Below are positions 1 through 9,470 of a stretch of 64,000 nt of DNA, one piece after another; position 1 is the stretch's first letter, and every line of letters begins with the position of its first letter. The translations under genes and the position numbers were made by a program. A model generated the notes under the pieces. That model worked only from the letters and a program-made list of their open reading frames with translations, was not told the origin of the DNA and searched no databases. The DNA comes from an uncultured Ectothiorhodospiraceae bacterium (GTDB lineage Bacteria; Pseudomonadota; Gammaproteobacteria; Nitrococcales; Nitrococcaceae), in assembly GCA_913055565.1 (NCBI GenBank), contig CAJXKP010000010.1, forward strand, positions 3,267 through 67,266. The letters are read 5' to 3'.

Positions 1-1
1 G

Positions 2-904
2 GTCGCGGATCTGGTTACGGATGTGGACTTCAAGGTCTTCGCCGGCCCCGCCAACGACCCCAAGGGCCGCGTGGCCGCCCTGCGTGTGCCGGGCGGCGGC
101 GAGGCCCTGTCGCGCGGCGCCATCGATGACTACACCGATTTCGTGGCGCGTTACGGGGCCAAGGGCCTGGCCTATATCAAGGTCAATGATCCCGCACAGG
201 GCCGCGAGGGCCTGCAGTCACCGATCCTGAAGTTCCTGCCGGATGCGGCCGTGACCGGCATCCTGGAGCGTACCGGGGCCGAGGCCGGCGATATCGTCTT
301 CTTCGGTGCCGATAAGGCGAGTGTGGTCAATGACGCGCTCGGGGCCCTGCGGGTACGTCTGGGCCACGATATGGGGCTGGTCGCCGACGGTTGGTATCCG
401 CTCTGGGTCGTGGAGTTCCCCATGTTCGAGTATGACGAGCAGGACCAGCGCTACTACTCACTGCATCACCCGTTCACCGCGCCGCAGGTGAGTGATGCCG
501 CGAGCTTCCGTAACGGCGATCCTGAGCAGATGCTCTCCCGCGCCTATGACGTCGTCCTCAATGGGACCGAGATTGGTGGCGGCTCCATGCGTATCCACAA
601 CGCGGCCATGCAGTGGGCGGTCTTCGAGGCGCTGGGCATCGACGCCGAGCAGGCCCGCGAGCAGTTCGGCTTCCTGCTGGATGCGCTGGAATACGGCGCG
701 CCACCCCATGGCGGCATCGCCTTCGGGCTGGACCGCCTGGTCATGCTGATGACGGGCGCCCAGTCGATTCGCGACGTCATGGCCTTCCCCAAGACCCAGA
801 ACGGCAGTGACCCGCTCATGGAGGCGCCGGCGCCGGTGGCGGATACGGCGCTTCAGGAGCTGCATATCCGGCTACGGCGTACCGTGAACTCGGGCAGCGA
901 GTAG
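2..904 (+). CDS. aspS: aspartyl-tRNA synthetase, C-terminal part (5' end upstream of window)
   Basis: The frame is open from the window edge. Translation ...[30 protein letters not shown]...[12 protein letters not shown]...GGSMRIH...[15 protein letters not shown]...FPKT matches the bacterial AspRS insertion and catalytic core. The track start at 23 is an internal codon. Confidence 0.93.
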   Translation, partial: VADLVTDVDFKVFAGPANDPKGRVAALRVPGGGEALSRGAIDDYTDFVARYGAKGLAYIKVNDPAQGREGLQSPILKFLPDAAVTGILERTGAEAGDIVFFGADKASVVNDALGALRVRLGHDMGLVADGWYPLWVVEFPMFEYDEQDQRYYSLHHPFTAPQVSDAASFRNGDPEQMLSRAYDVVLNGTEIGGGSMRIHNAAMQWAVFEALGIDAEQAREQFGFLLDALEYGAPPHGGIAFGLDRLVMLMTGAQSIRDVMAFPKTQNGSDPLMEAPAPVADTALQELHIRLRRTVNSGSE

Positions 905-1402
905 CTACCGGGGCGGCTCGCCGTTGGCGAGCCGTAGGCGCGCGCCGGCCTCCAGGCCGAGCGCCTCCGCCTGGCTCGCGGCGACCTCAAGGGCGTAGCG
1001 AATCCGTTCCTCGATGCCGTAGCCGGACTCGCCCGGCTGCATGCGCTCGACGGCCACCACCCGGCCGTCGGCGGCCACGTAGGCGATTACCAGGGGGATG
1101 GCGACGTTGCGCATATGCCAGCGTGTGCGCTGGTCTTGCGGAAAGACAAACCACATGGGGTTGGATCGAATCGTCGCCGGCTCGAGATGCTGCATCCCGC
1201 GGGCGCGGCTGGTCGGGCTGTCGGCGATGCGGACATCGATGCTGCTCGTGTTGCCCCCTGGCCCCACGATGGTCAGGCGCTGCTGCGCGAGGTGACGCGG
1301 GTAGTCCGCGCCCGCTAGAGCGCCCGCTGCTAGTGCGAGGAGGACGAGGGCAGCGCCGTTCAGGGCGAACCGAACCGGTAAGCTGACTACTCGGCTAGTC
1401 AT
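905..1402 (-). CDS. DUF192 (COG1430) family secreted protein
   Basis: Core ...PMWFVFPQDQRTRWHMRNVAIPLVIAYVAADGRVVAVERMQP... is typical of DUF192, with a hydrophobic N-terminus. Start set at ATG 1402 (MTSRVVSLPV...), which overlaps the stop of the upstream gene as ATGACTAG. Confidence 0.75.
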   Translation of the reverse strand: MTSRVVSLPVRFALNGAALVLLALAAGALAGADYPRHLAQQRLTIVGPGGNTSSIDVRIADSPTSRARGMQHLEPATIRSNPMWFVFPQDQRTRWHMRNVAIPLVIAYVAADGRVVAVERMQPGESGYGIEERIRYALEVAASQAEALGLEAGARLRLANGEPPR

Positions 1403-4400
1403 GATCCGCCGCCTCGGGTGCGTCGTCATCGCGGGCCTGGAGCATCTCACGGTACTGCTCGCTCGGCACGGGCTGGGCGTAGAGGAAGCCTTGGCCGCGC
1501 TGGCAGCGCAGTGTGGCCAGGAAAAGCTCCTGATCGTCGGCCTCGATGCCCTCGGCGATCACGGCCAGCCCGAGGTTGTCGGCTAGGCCGATGATGGCCT
1601 GCGCGATGGAAACCCCATCGGCATCGCCCGGTATGTCATCGGTGAACGATTTATCGAGCTTGACGGTGTCGATGGGCAGTCGTTTGAGGTAGGCCAGTGA
1701 CGAGTAGCCGGTGCCGAAGTCGTCGATGGCGATCTCGACGCCGGTATCGCGAATAATCCGTAGCGTACGCGCGATCCGGTCGTGTGGTTCCAGGAACAGT
1801 GATTCCGTGATCTCGATGGCCAGGTACTCCGCCGGCAGGCCCGTGCGTTCGAGCGTCTCGATGAGCTCCTCAGCGAACGCCGTCTGGCTGATCTGGGCCG
1901 TCGCCACATTCACCGCGATGCGCCCGAACGCGACGCCCTCGTCGAGCCATTGCCGGGCTTGGTGGCAGGCGGCCTCCAGTACCCACTGGCCGAGGGCGAC
2001 CATGAGGCCGGAGCGCTCGGCCACGGGGATAAACTCGCCCGGCGGGACGATTCGGCCATCGGGCTGTTGCCATCGGATCAGGGCCTCGCAGCTCGTGATG
2101 CGGCCATTGGCGAGCTCGATCTGGGGCTGGAAGCAGAGGTAGAACTCGTCGCGCTCCAGGGCCTGACGCAGGGCGCTAACGAGTGCTACCCGCTCGAATG
2201 CCTGCTCGGTGAGCGCGGGCATGAAGAAGCGGAAGGTGTTCTTGCCCATGGCTTTGGCGTCGTACATTGCGGCGTCCGCATTCTGGATCAGGCTCTCGAC
2301 CGTGGTGCCATCGCGGGGGTGGATGCTGACGCCGATGCTCGCCGTTACAAACACCTCGTGGTCGGCCACTTGGTAGGGCTGGTGAAAGGCCGCTAGCAGC
2401 CGTGAAGCGGCCGCGCCGGCTGTCTCCTTCTGGTCGAGACCGTTAAGCAGCACGATGAACTCGTCGCCGCCGATGCGGGCCAGGGTATCCCCGCTCCGGG
2501 TGGCCGCTTGCAAGCGCGCCGCGACATGCTTGAGCAACTCATCGCCCTGGCTGTGACCGAGGCTGTCGTTGACGTCCTTAAAGCCGTCGAGATCCAGAAA
2601 CAGCAGCGCCAGCGTGCCCCGGCCCTCGGCGCTGCTGTTGAGCCCGTCGTCCAGGCGATGCTGTAGCAGACCTCGGTTGGGTAGCCCGGTCAGGGGGTCG
2701 TGATGGGCCAGATGCTCTAGCTCGGCCTGGGACGCCCGGATGCCGCTGATGTCGGAGATCAGCGCGACCAGCCTCGGGAGCCCCACACCCGTTCCGTCAC
2801 CCGGTAGCCGAGTCAGCGTTAGCCACGCCGGGAAATCGTCCCGGTCCTGGCCTCGAGCCGTGACCTCGCCCTGCCAGCGCCCGTGGCGATTCATAAACTC
2901 GCGAATCGCATCGAGACCCGGGTGGATGATGAAATCACGCAACGATCGCTCGGACAGGGTGTCGGCGTCGTGGCCGGTCAGATCCGCGAGCGCGGGGTTC
3001 GCCTCCACAATGCCGCCGTCCTCGCGCGTGACGGCGATGCCCTCACTGACGTTATCCAGGACCGCGGCGGCCCGTAGCAGATGGGGCTCGCGGTGCAGGC
3101 GTGCGAGCTCCACGGCGGCCCGATCGGCAAACACACGCAGTAGCGCGACGGCATCCTCGTCCTCGGTGATACGCTCGCGGCCGATGGCGCCCATGAGGCC
3201 TAGCGTCGTGCCATCGTGATCCGCCAGGCGAATCCCGATAAAACTGGCACCGTCTCGGGGGGTGCCCCAAGGCTGATCGGGATGGCGATAAGCCAGGTCA
3301 TACGGCACGACGTGGACCCCGTTCCGCAGCGTGGTTAGGCACAGGGGATCGGTCAGGTCGAGCGCGATGTTCTCGGTGAGGCCGTCGGGGCCGGCAAGGG
3401 CCAGGATCTGCGCCTGGTCGCGATCATCGGGATGGCACTGGGCGATGAAAACGCATGCGGCGTCCAGTAGTTCGGCAACGTTGGTCACCAAGGCGCGACA
3501 GAAGGCGTCGCCGGTCTCGGGGCCAACCAGTGAGGCCATGCCACGGAGCAGGCCCTGGTAGCGGCGCCGCTCGGCGTTGAGCAGGGCCTGCGCCAGCTGG
3601 TCGGCTACCTCGCCGGCGAAGCGGATCTCGTCGTCCTCCCAGACGCGCGGCTCGCCAACGTGCTCATGGCACAACACGCCGATCATCTCGCCACGCAGGC
3701 GGATGGGGGCGTCCAGTAACGAGCTGATGCGATTCTGTTGCAGATAATCCCGCAGTTCGCTCAGCCGCGGGTCGCGGTGGGCATCGCTGGCGTCCAGGAC
3801 CCGGCCCTCGGCGGCGGCCGCCGCGATGTAGTCCGGGCATTGCTCACCATCGAGGAAGGCGCCGCCGCAGATGCGGTCGTGGGCCCCATCGTAGAGGCGT
3901 TCGCAGCATAGGCCGTGGGGTGATTGGGTCAGGCGCCAGAAGCCTAAGCGGCGGACATCCAGCGCGGCGGCGGCCACGCGCAGGAGTGTGTCCAGTGCCT
4001 CCGGGAAGCGGCCATTGGCGAACGCCGGATCCTGAGCCAGCTCGCGCAGGCTCTCGCGTTGGCGCTGGAATCGCTGCTGACGCGCCGCCACGGATTGGCT
4101 GGCGATGCTGTCGTCGGCGGGGTTGATGGCAGCGACGTAATAGCTGCGCCCGGCGACGGTGACCTCACTGGTAGCCGTCACCTCGCGCACACCCGGGTCG
4201 GTGTCGGTCGTCGAGGTGTCTGAGTCGGGGTGCGGACCGAGCTCGTCGATGCGCTTTTGTTCGAGTGCCTCGCGCGGCAGGGCGTAGTGGCTGATGGCGG
4301 CGTCATTGACGTACTGGATGCGCCGCGTGCGCGGCTCGTAGACCACGATGGGCAGCAGTTGCGTCCCGAAAAGCGGTTCCAGTGCGTGTCTTACGTGTTC

Positions 4401-4406
4401 GCTCAT
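1395..4406 (-). CDS. PAS/GAF-containing diguanylate cyclase/phosphodiesterase (GGDEF-EAL)
   Basis: RIGGDEFIVLL (GGDEF), CEALIRW...DDFGTGYSSLAYL...KLDKSF (EAL). The N-terminal ~560 aa show PAS-like and two GAF-like segments. Confidence 0.9.
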   Translation of the reverse strand: MSEHVRHALEPLFGTQLLPIVVYEPRTRRIQYVNDAAISHYALPREALEQKRIDELGPHPDSDTSTTDTDPGVREVTATSEVTVAGRSYYVAAINPADDSIASQSVAARQQRFQRQRESLRELAQDPAFANGRFPEALDTLLRVAAAALDVRRLGFWRLTQSPHGLCCERLYDGAHDRICGGAFLDGEQCPDYIAAAAAEGRVLDASDAHRDPRLSELRDYLQQNRISSLLDAPIRLRGEMIGVLCHEHVGEPRVWEDDEIRFAGEVADQLAQALLNAERRRYQGLLRGMASLVGPETGDAFCRALVTNVAELLDAACVFIAQCHPDDRDQAQILALAGPDGLTENIALDLTDPLCLTTLRNGVHVVPYDLAYRHPDQPWGTPRDGASFIGIRLADHDGTTLGLMGAIGRERITEDEDAVALLRVFADRAAVELARLHREPHLLRAAAVLDNVSEGIAVTREDGGIVEANPALADLTGHDADTLSERSLRDFIIHPGLDAIREFMNRHGRWQGEVTARGQDRDDFPAWLTLTRLPGDGTGVGLPRLVALISDISGIRASQAELEHLAHHDPLTGLPNRGLLQHRLDDGLNSSAEGRGTLALLFLDLDGFKDVNDSLGHSQGDELLKHVAARLQAATRSGDTLARIGGDEFIVLLNGLDQKETAGAAASRLLAAFHQPYQVADHEVFVTASIGVSIHPRDGTTVESLIQNADAAMYDAKAMGKNTFRFFMPALTEQAFERVALVSALRQALERDEFYLCFQPQIELANGRITSCEALIRWQQPDGRIVPPGEFIPVAERSGLMVALGQWVLEAACHQARQWLDEGVAFGRIAVNVATAQISQTAFAEELIETLERTGLPAEYLAIEITESLFLEPHDRIARTLRIIRDTGVEIAIDDFGTGYSSLAYLKRLPIDTVKLDKSFTDDIPGDADGVSIAQAIIGLADNLGLAVIAEGIEADDQELFLATLRCQRGQGFLYAQPVPSEQYREMLQARDDDAPEAADHD

Positions 4407-4733
4407 GACGGATCAGGTCGGCCCACCCCCAAATGGCGTTCACCATAGTGGCCCCATTAAGGCCTCCGGTCTACTCTTTAACGTCGCGAATCTCGGTGGG
4501 TGCCTCGACAACTGTTAGGCCTGAGGGCTCGTGAGGGCTGATCAGCGATGGTGTCGCGCTTGGTGGCGGTTGTCGGTTTCGCGGCGGATCGATTGCGGGG
4601 TGCCCGCCAGCGTCCGGCGACACCGCGGGTTGGCAGGTGGTGGTGCCCCGCTCATGGCTCGAGTCGGGGCTGCTAGCGAGGTCCCGGATAGCCGCTGGCG
4701 CGGCCTCCGGGATGACGCGCCTAGGGGCGGGAC

Positions 4734-5753
4734 CTAGAAGCTGTAGATAGCGCCGACCATGACGTTGTTGCCGGCATCCTGATCTCGGTCGAAGAAGCCG
4801 GCCTCGGACCAGACCTTGAGGTTGCTCATGACCATGTAGTCGACACCCGCGGTGAACTCCGTGCGGTCGTCGGCGGCATCGGCGTCCGGTGACACCTCCT
4901 GGACGGCCGCGTAGATATCACCGGGGCCGTAGTTAAAGGTGCCGCGGCCGGCGATGAACTCAATGTCGTCGCCGCGCGGGTCGTTGTCCTCGTTGTCCTG
5001 GACGGCGTACTTGGCGCCGAACTCGAACGAGGCGATGTTAAAGGTGCCGGCAAGGCCGTAGGTCTCGCCGTCGGCCACGCGGTCGTTGCCAGTGTCGTTG
5101 CCGTTGCTATTGAATTGATCTCGGACTTCGGAGCCGTTGTCGTCGTAACCGGCGTAGATGCCGAAGTTCTCCCCCGTGTAGCCGCCGGCGGCGGCGAAGC
5201 CGACCTCGTTGTCCGGGTTGTTGACGCCGCCTAGCTCGTCCTCGCCCTGGATACGCACCTGTGTGCGGAAGCTGAAGCCGCCAAAGGAGGGGCTGTAGTA
5301 GGCGATCATGTTGTCCTCGGAGGCTACTGCCTCGTCGGTGATCTCGGCGTCCTCGGCGACCTCGGTAGCGTCGATGATCAGGTCCTCGTAGACGCTGTCG
5401 AAGTTGCCGGCCTGGAGCTTACCGAAATCGCCCTTAATACCGGCGAAGGCGCTGTCTTGTGCATCAAAGGCGCCGTCGCCCGTGTCCTCATCACTGTCGA
5501 ATTCCAGCTCGAGCTGACCGAACACCGTTAACCCGGGGCTGAATTCGTGCTCCGCGTAGAAGCCGAGCGTCGAGTCCTCGTCATCAAGTTCGAATGAGTC
5601 GTCGCCGTCGCTATTGGTCTCGTTAATGAGCTTGGGCTCCACGGTGCCGTACAGCGAGAAGCTCGTATCATCGTCGAGTTGCCAGTCGATGGCGTGCGCG
5701 GATGGGGCCGTCATCAGGGCGGCTAGCGCTAGGGCGCAAGTTGCTTGTCGCAT
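4734..5753 (-). CDS. outer-membrane porin (Gram-negative porin family), highly acidic
   Basis: Signal peptide MRQATCALALAALMTAPSAHA, alternating beta-strand pattern, C-terminal ...VGAIYSF. Very D/E rich. Clear paralog of the gene at 22927..23985. Confidence 0.85.
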   Translation of the reverse strand: MRQATCALALAALMTAPSAHAIDWQLDDDTSFSLYGTVEPKLINETNSDGDDSFELDDEDSTLGFYAEHEFSPGLTVFGQLELEFDSDEDTGDGAFDAQDSAFAGIKGDFGKLQAGNFDSVYEDLIIDATEVAEDAEITDEAVASEDNMIAYYSPSFGGFSFRTQVRIQGEDELGGVNNPDNEVGFAAAGGYTGENFGIYAGYDDNGSEVRDQFNSNGNDTGNDRVADGETYGLAGTFNIASFEFGAKYAVQDNEDNDPRGDDIEFIAGRGTFNYGPGDIYAAVQEVSPDADAADDRTEFTAGVDYMVMSNLKVWSEAGFFDRDQDAGNNVMVGAIYSF

Positions 5754-6235
5754 GGGTCGTTACCTCTTTCTAGGGTGGAATCGGGAACGGTGCGCACGTG
5801 CCCTGCGGCGATGTCAGCTACGTTTGGTGTGGTCTGTGCCTGTCAAGGCACGTTGATCCGAGAAGCCACAGAAGCGTCGACTGGTTCAGGGCGAGGGCCC
5901 TAACAAACGGCCGAGCGTTAGCCCCACTCAGCGACGCCACGTGCGTAGGTGTAAGCGCGAATGCGAAATAATAATATTGTTATAACTCGAGTCAACCGGC
6001 ACCGGACTGCTCGCTAGTTTGGATTCGCAATGCATTGCGGTGGAAAAGCACCGCGCGCGGCGTGGTCTTGCCATACCGTGTGTCGGTGGCGACTAACTGG
6101 GCTGCTAGAGCGAGTCTCAGGGATTGCGATGCAGCAAGTCGCTGTTTGGAAGACCTCAATGGTCGCGAGATGACGCGCCTCTGCGAGCTGGATGCCGCCG
6201 GCGACGCGGGTGTGAGAGCCGGCGATGAAGGGGCT

Positions 6236-6397
6236 GGTATCCCGTATATCCCGCGGTGTCCTGTATTGCGTGTGCCTCCCAGATATGTCGCGTAGCTAAC
6301 CCTAAGGGGGCCATTGGGAGCGGATTAGGGCTACGGCCGCAGGGTACGCGCCAGACTCGCGTTACCGCTCCCACCTGGCAACGACGGTCGGCGAGCC
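6236..6397. repeat. 162-bp direct repeat, copy 1 (partner at 8015..8176)
   Basis: Hand alignment to 8015..8176 gives 10 mismatches, no indels and sharp boundaries. It begins with the tandem heptamer TATCCCG-TA-TATCCCG. The internal stem GGGAGCGG/CCGCTCCC (minus-strand sense) encloses ACGCG/CGCGT. Confidence 0.9.
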
Positions 6398-6969
6398 CAA
6401 TAAATCTCTGGACAGCCCCTTGCGGGCGTCCGTTTAACAGCGACGCGAGCTAGCCTCGCGGTAATTGGCTTTCAATACTTAAAGCCATCACGTCAACAAG
6501 GCTTCAGTGAAATATCGTCTGGCTGTAAAAATCCCAGCGTGTGAGAACGGCCCATGCGGGATTGGCGCATGCAACCGCCCCTGCCCGGCGCATCGACCAC
6601 AAAGGGTGACTATGGCCTACCTAAGCGTTCATCGAGCGGTTGGGACATCACCACGCGCCCGGGAGAGTGTGTTGTACCAGTACCGAACGGGAAGGGCTCT
6701 TACGCGGGCTAGCGACGGATGTTGCCGAATCGGATGTAGGCGCGGTTGGCCATCTGGGATGCGTCTGCCGACGTTTCAGCGTTTGGTGGTGGCCTGGAGT
6801 CGGCGATTACAACCACCTCTCAAGATGGCGACTCGGCTAAGGCAATGAGCTTGATCGCGCGACAGCCTCTAAGCGACGAAAGGCTTTCGTCGCGAAAAGA
6901 TTCCCCTTTACAGGATAGTAATGCGGGATGACAGTGGTATTACATACTGGCTTCATAAGGGAGGGGCTT

Positions 6970-7329
6970 ATGATACGACGGATTTGCGCTGTTTTTACCT
7001 CGGCAATGCTCGTCGCCGGCGTTAGCCATGCCGCTAATGGTGATGCCGCGCCTAGTACGCGAACGGATTCGAAGGTCACGATGGCTACTGCGGCCCCCGG
7101 GGTTGGCTTTCAGCGGCTACAAACCTTTATGGGCTATGCGGAAGGCGAATGCATGGAGCCGCGAGCCTCAAAGCGGATCGCTCAAGCCCGGGCCGACCTC
7201 CAGGATCGTGCTGCGGCGGCTGGTGCTGATTACGTGCGCGTCATCGGCGTGGGTTCGATAGACCAACGCGGCCTTTGTATCGATGACTTCTTCCGGGTTA
7301 CTGGGGTGGGCTACATGAGGACCGAATAA
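6970..7329 (+). CDS. small secreted hypothetical protein
   Basis: RBS GGGAGGGG precedes ATG 6970. Signal peptide MIRRICAVFTSAMLVAGVSHA. The segment ...AQARADLQDRAAAAGADYVRVIGV... resembles small lipoprotein/DUF4156-like proteins; that family call is weak. Confidence 0.55.
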   Translation: MIRRICAVFTSAMLVAGVSHAANGDAAPSTRTDSKVTMATAAPGVGFQRLQTFMGYAEGECMEPRASKRIAQARADLQDRAAAAGADYVRVIGVGSIDQRGLCIDDFFRVTGVGYMRTE

Positions 7330-7358
7330 GCCCACGGCTAGTACGGCTTAGCCGCGGT

Positions 7359-7394
7359 GGTGGCGTGGTGGCCGTATACGGCCCCCACGCCACC
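7359..7394 (+). terminator. strong GC hairpin downstream of 6970..7329 (no U tract)
   Basis: GGTGGCGTGGTGGCCGTA/TACGGCCCCCACGCCACC, 18-nt arms with one mismatch, 30 nt after the stop codon. There is no T run, so intrinsic-terminator status is uncertain. Confidence 0.3.
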
Positions 7395-7632
7395 CGGCCT
7401 TGCCTGCCACACGTCGCCGCACGGCGGACGCAATTCCCGTATGGGCTTGGCACCTAACCCGCCTTTGACCAGGGTTTCAAGTCGCCAAAGACTTAGTCTT
7501 GGGCACCAAGTGTGCGTTCTATCCGGTCCTCCCCCTCATCGGAGCTGCCTTGGCTTGATCGTAGCCCAGATATCGCGCAGGCCCCCGAACGAAGCGCTGT
7601 GAGGCGATCCACCCACGGCTCAACCGACTCAT

Positions 7633-8007
7633 TTAGATGATGTCGACGCACTGTCCATCGGTGGCGGGCGTGATGCCGTTAGCTCCAGTGCCGTGGGCTT
7701 GAATCCAAGCATCCAGCTCGTGACTTATGTGGATGAGTGGGGTCTGGCGAGTACCCACGGCACTGTGTACGTCGTGCGCTTGTTCCAGTGTGTTGTGTTT
7801 GCCGTGTCCTCGCTCTGGGGGATGGGTGCAGTCCAGCACCATGGTTGTCGGTGGGTCTTCCGCCAGGAAGTACCTTGTGGCCTGGGGTGAGCGGTATGTG
7901 TCGGTTAAGTAGTCGACCCGCGCGTGCGGTGCGTCGAACACGTAGCCCAGCGTTGGGCGCGAGTGTTGGAGCGGCACGGCCGTGACCGTGATGTCGCCGA
8001 CAGTCAT
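7633..8007 (-). pseudogene. truncated phnP paralog (C-terminal half only)
   Basis: ITVTAVPLQHSRPTLGYVFD...YLTDT...MVLDCTHPP...HISHELDAW aligns with residues ~130-251 of PhnP at 9471..10226 (about half identical). The N-terminal HxHxDH metal-binding half is missing. The break abuts repeat copy 2. Confidence 0.7.
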
Positions 8008-8014
8008 TGAGGTG

Positions 8015-8176
8015 GGTATCCCGTATATCCCGCGGTGTCCTGTATTGCCTGTGCCTCCCGGATATGTCGCATTGCTACCCCTAAGGGGGCCATCGGGAGC
8101 GGATTAGGACTACGGCCGCAGGGTACGCGCGAGACTCGCGTTACCGATCCCGCCTGGCAACGACGGTCGGCGAGCC
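8015..8176. repeat. 162-bp direct repeat, copy 2 (partner at 6236..6397)
   Basis: See copy 1. It lies between the MFS gene 3' end (8290) and the truncated 5' edge of the phnP fragment (8007). Confidence 0.9.
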
Positions 8177-8289
8177 TAACGGATCGGGGCTAACGACCAA
8201 TTCCGGCGTCCCGGGCTGGATTAGCATCGAGCTGGGTGGCCCAGAGGTCGCGATCAGGCTGGTGGGAGGCTGTTGGCTCGCGTCAACGC

Positions 8290-9450
8290 TCAGGAATCCC
8301 GCGGCATGGGAGTGACGGCAACAAGTGCCGCAACGCTGATGAGGCTGGTACTGATCGATAGGGCAAGTGCCGCGATTCCCCATTGCTCGATCAATATGGC
8401 GAAGCCGAAGGGGGCCACCGCCTGTCCCATGCGTGCGGGAATCGTGAGCATGCCTTGGCGCTGGCCGTAGCCCGAGCTACCGAAGAGCACGAGCGGGAGC
8501 GTTCCCTTGGCGACCGTCAGGATGCCGTTGCCGGCGCCATGCAGTAGGGCGAACAACGCGGCCGCTGGCCCACCGAAGAGCAGGAGCGCTAGACCACCCA
8601 CGGGATGAGCCATGGCGGCCAGTCGGGCCGATAGCAATGGGTGGACGTGGCGGACCGCGCTGAACTCGAGTAATCGGCCTCCTAGCTGGGCTGGTCCGAC
8701 CAAGGCAGCGACAGAGACGGCAGCCGCGCTGGATAAACCGGATTCTGAGAGCAGCCGGGGCAGGTGCGCGGCGATTGCCGTACTCACGGACCAGGCTGCC
8801 GTGAACACAATGGCCAGCAGTATCATCGTGCGTCGCCTACGCGGACGATTGCTCGAGCACTCGATGGGTGATGACAGGTTGGATTGTGTCGCCGGGACAA
8901 CACCCAATAGGTTCAGTGGCAAGCCTACGGCTAGGTGCACAAAAGCCCAGGCGAAGCAGGTCATCCGCCACCCGATCGCCGCATCCAGATAAGTAGTGGC
9001 GGGCCAGAAGATGGTGCTTGCAAGCCCACCGAGTAATGTGATCGCCGTCATCGCCCTGCGGGCCTGGGGCCCGTGGATGCCGGCGAGCGTGGTGAAAGCA
9101 GCCTCATAGAGCCCCATCGCCATGCCGAAACCGAGCACAAGCCATGAAAGGGCTATTAGAACGGCACTGTCGGCAGAGCCGAGCAGTGCTAGCCCGGCGG
9201 CTAGAACCAGATTGGAGCCGGCCAACACGTCACGGCCGCCGTAGCGGTCGATCCATCGGCCCACGGTGGGGGCGACGGCGGCGGCAACGATTAAGGCTGA
9301 TGAGAATGCTGCGAAGATCCAGTGCGTTTGCAGATCCAGGGAATCCGCTATGGGAACGGCCAGGATCGCAGGTAGGTAATAGCTGGTGCCCCAGGCCAGG
9401 GTCTGGGTGATGGCTAGTACGATCGTGGTTGGGTGCCGGGCGGGCGTCAT
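8290..9450 (-). CDS. MFS transporter, last gene of the phnDCE-N-P string
   Basis: About 12 predicted hydrophobic helices. Start set at ATG 9450 (MTPARHPTTIVLAITQTLAWG...), 20 nt after the phnP stop. The longer track ORF would overlap phnP. Confidence 0.8.
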   Translation of the reverse strand: MTPARHPTTIVLAITQTLAWGTSYYLPAILAVPIADSLDLQTHWIFAAFSSALIVAAAVAPTVGRWIDRYGGRDVLAGSNLVLAAGLALLGSADSAVLIALSWLVLGFGMAMGLYEAAFTTLAGIHGPQARRAMTAITLLGGLASTIFWPATTYLDAAIGWRMTCFAWAFVHLAVGLPLNLLGVVPATQSNLSSPIECSSNRPRRRRTMILLAIVFTAAWSVSTAIAAHLPRLLSESGLSSAAAVSVAALVGPAQLGGRLLEFSAVRHVHPLLSARLAAMAHPVGGLALLLFGGPAAALFALLHGAGNGILTVAKGTLPLVLFGSSGYGQRQGMLTIPARMGQAVAPFGFAILIEQWGIAALALSISTSLISVAALVAVTPMPRDS

Positions 9451-9470
9451 GGGGTCGGCGCTGGCTCCCG

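Noticed and set aside
6236-6397. Interpreting the 162-bp repeat as a retron msr/msd, a group II intron domain V/VI or an IS end
   Set aside because: There is no reverse transcriptase, transposase, TnpB or IscB ORF nearby, no terminal inverted repeats, and no domain-V-like AGC...GNRA hairpin that I could fold. It is kept only as an unclassified repeat.
6507-6848. 113-aa ORF (and neighbours 6035..6295, 6640..6840) in the gene-poor region
   Set aside because: Cys/Arg/Pro-rich, with no RBS, no motifs, and overlapping alternative frames of similar length. I treat the region as non-coding until shown otherwise.
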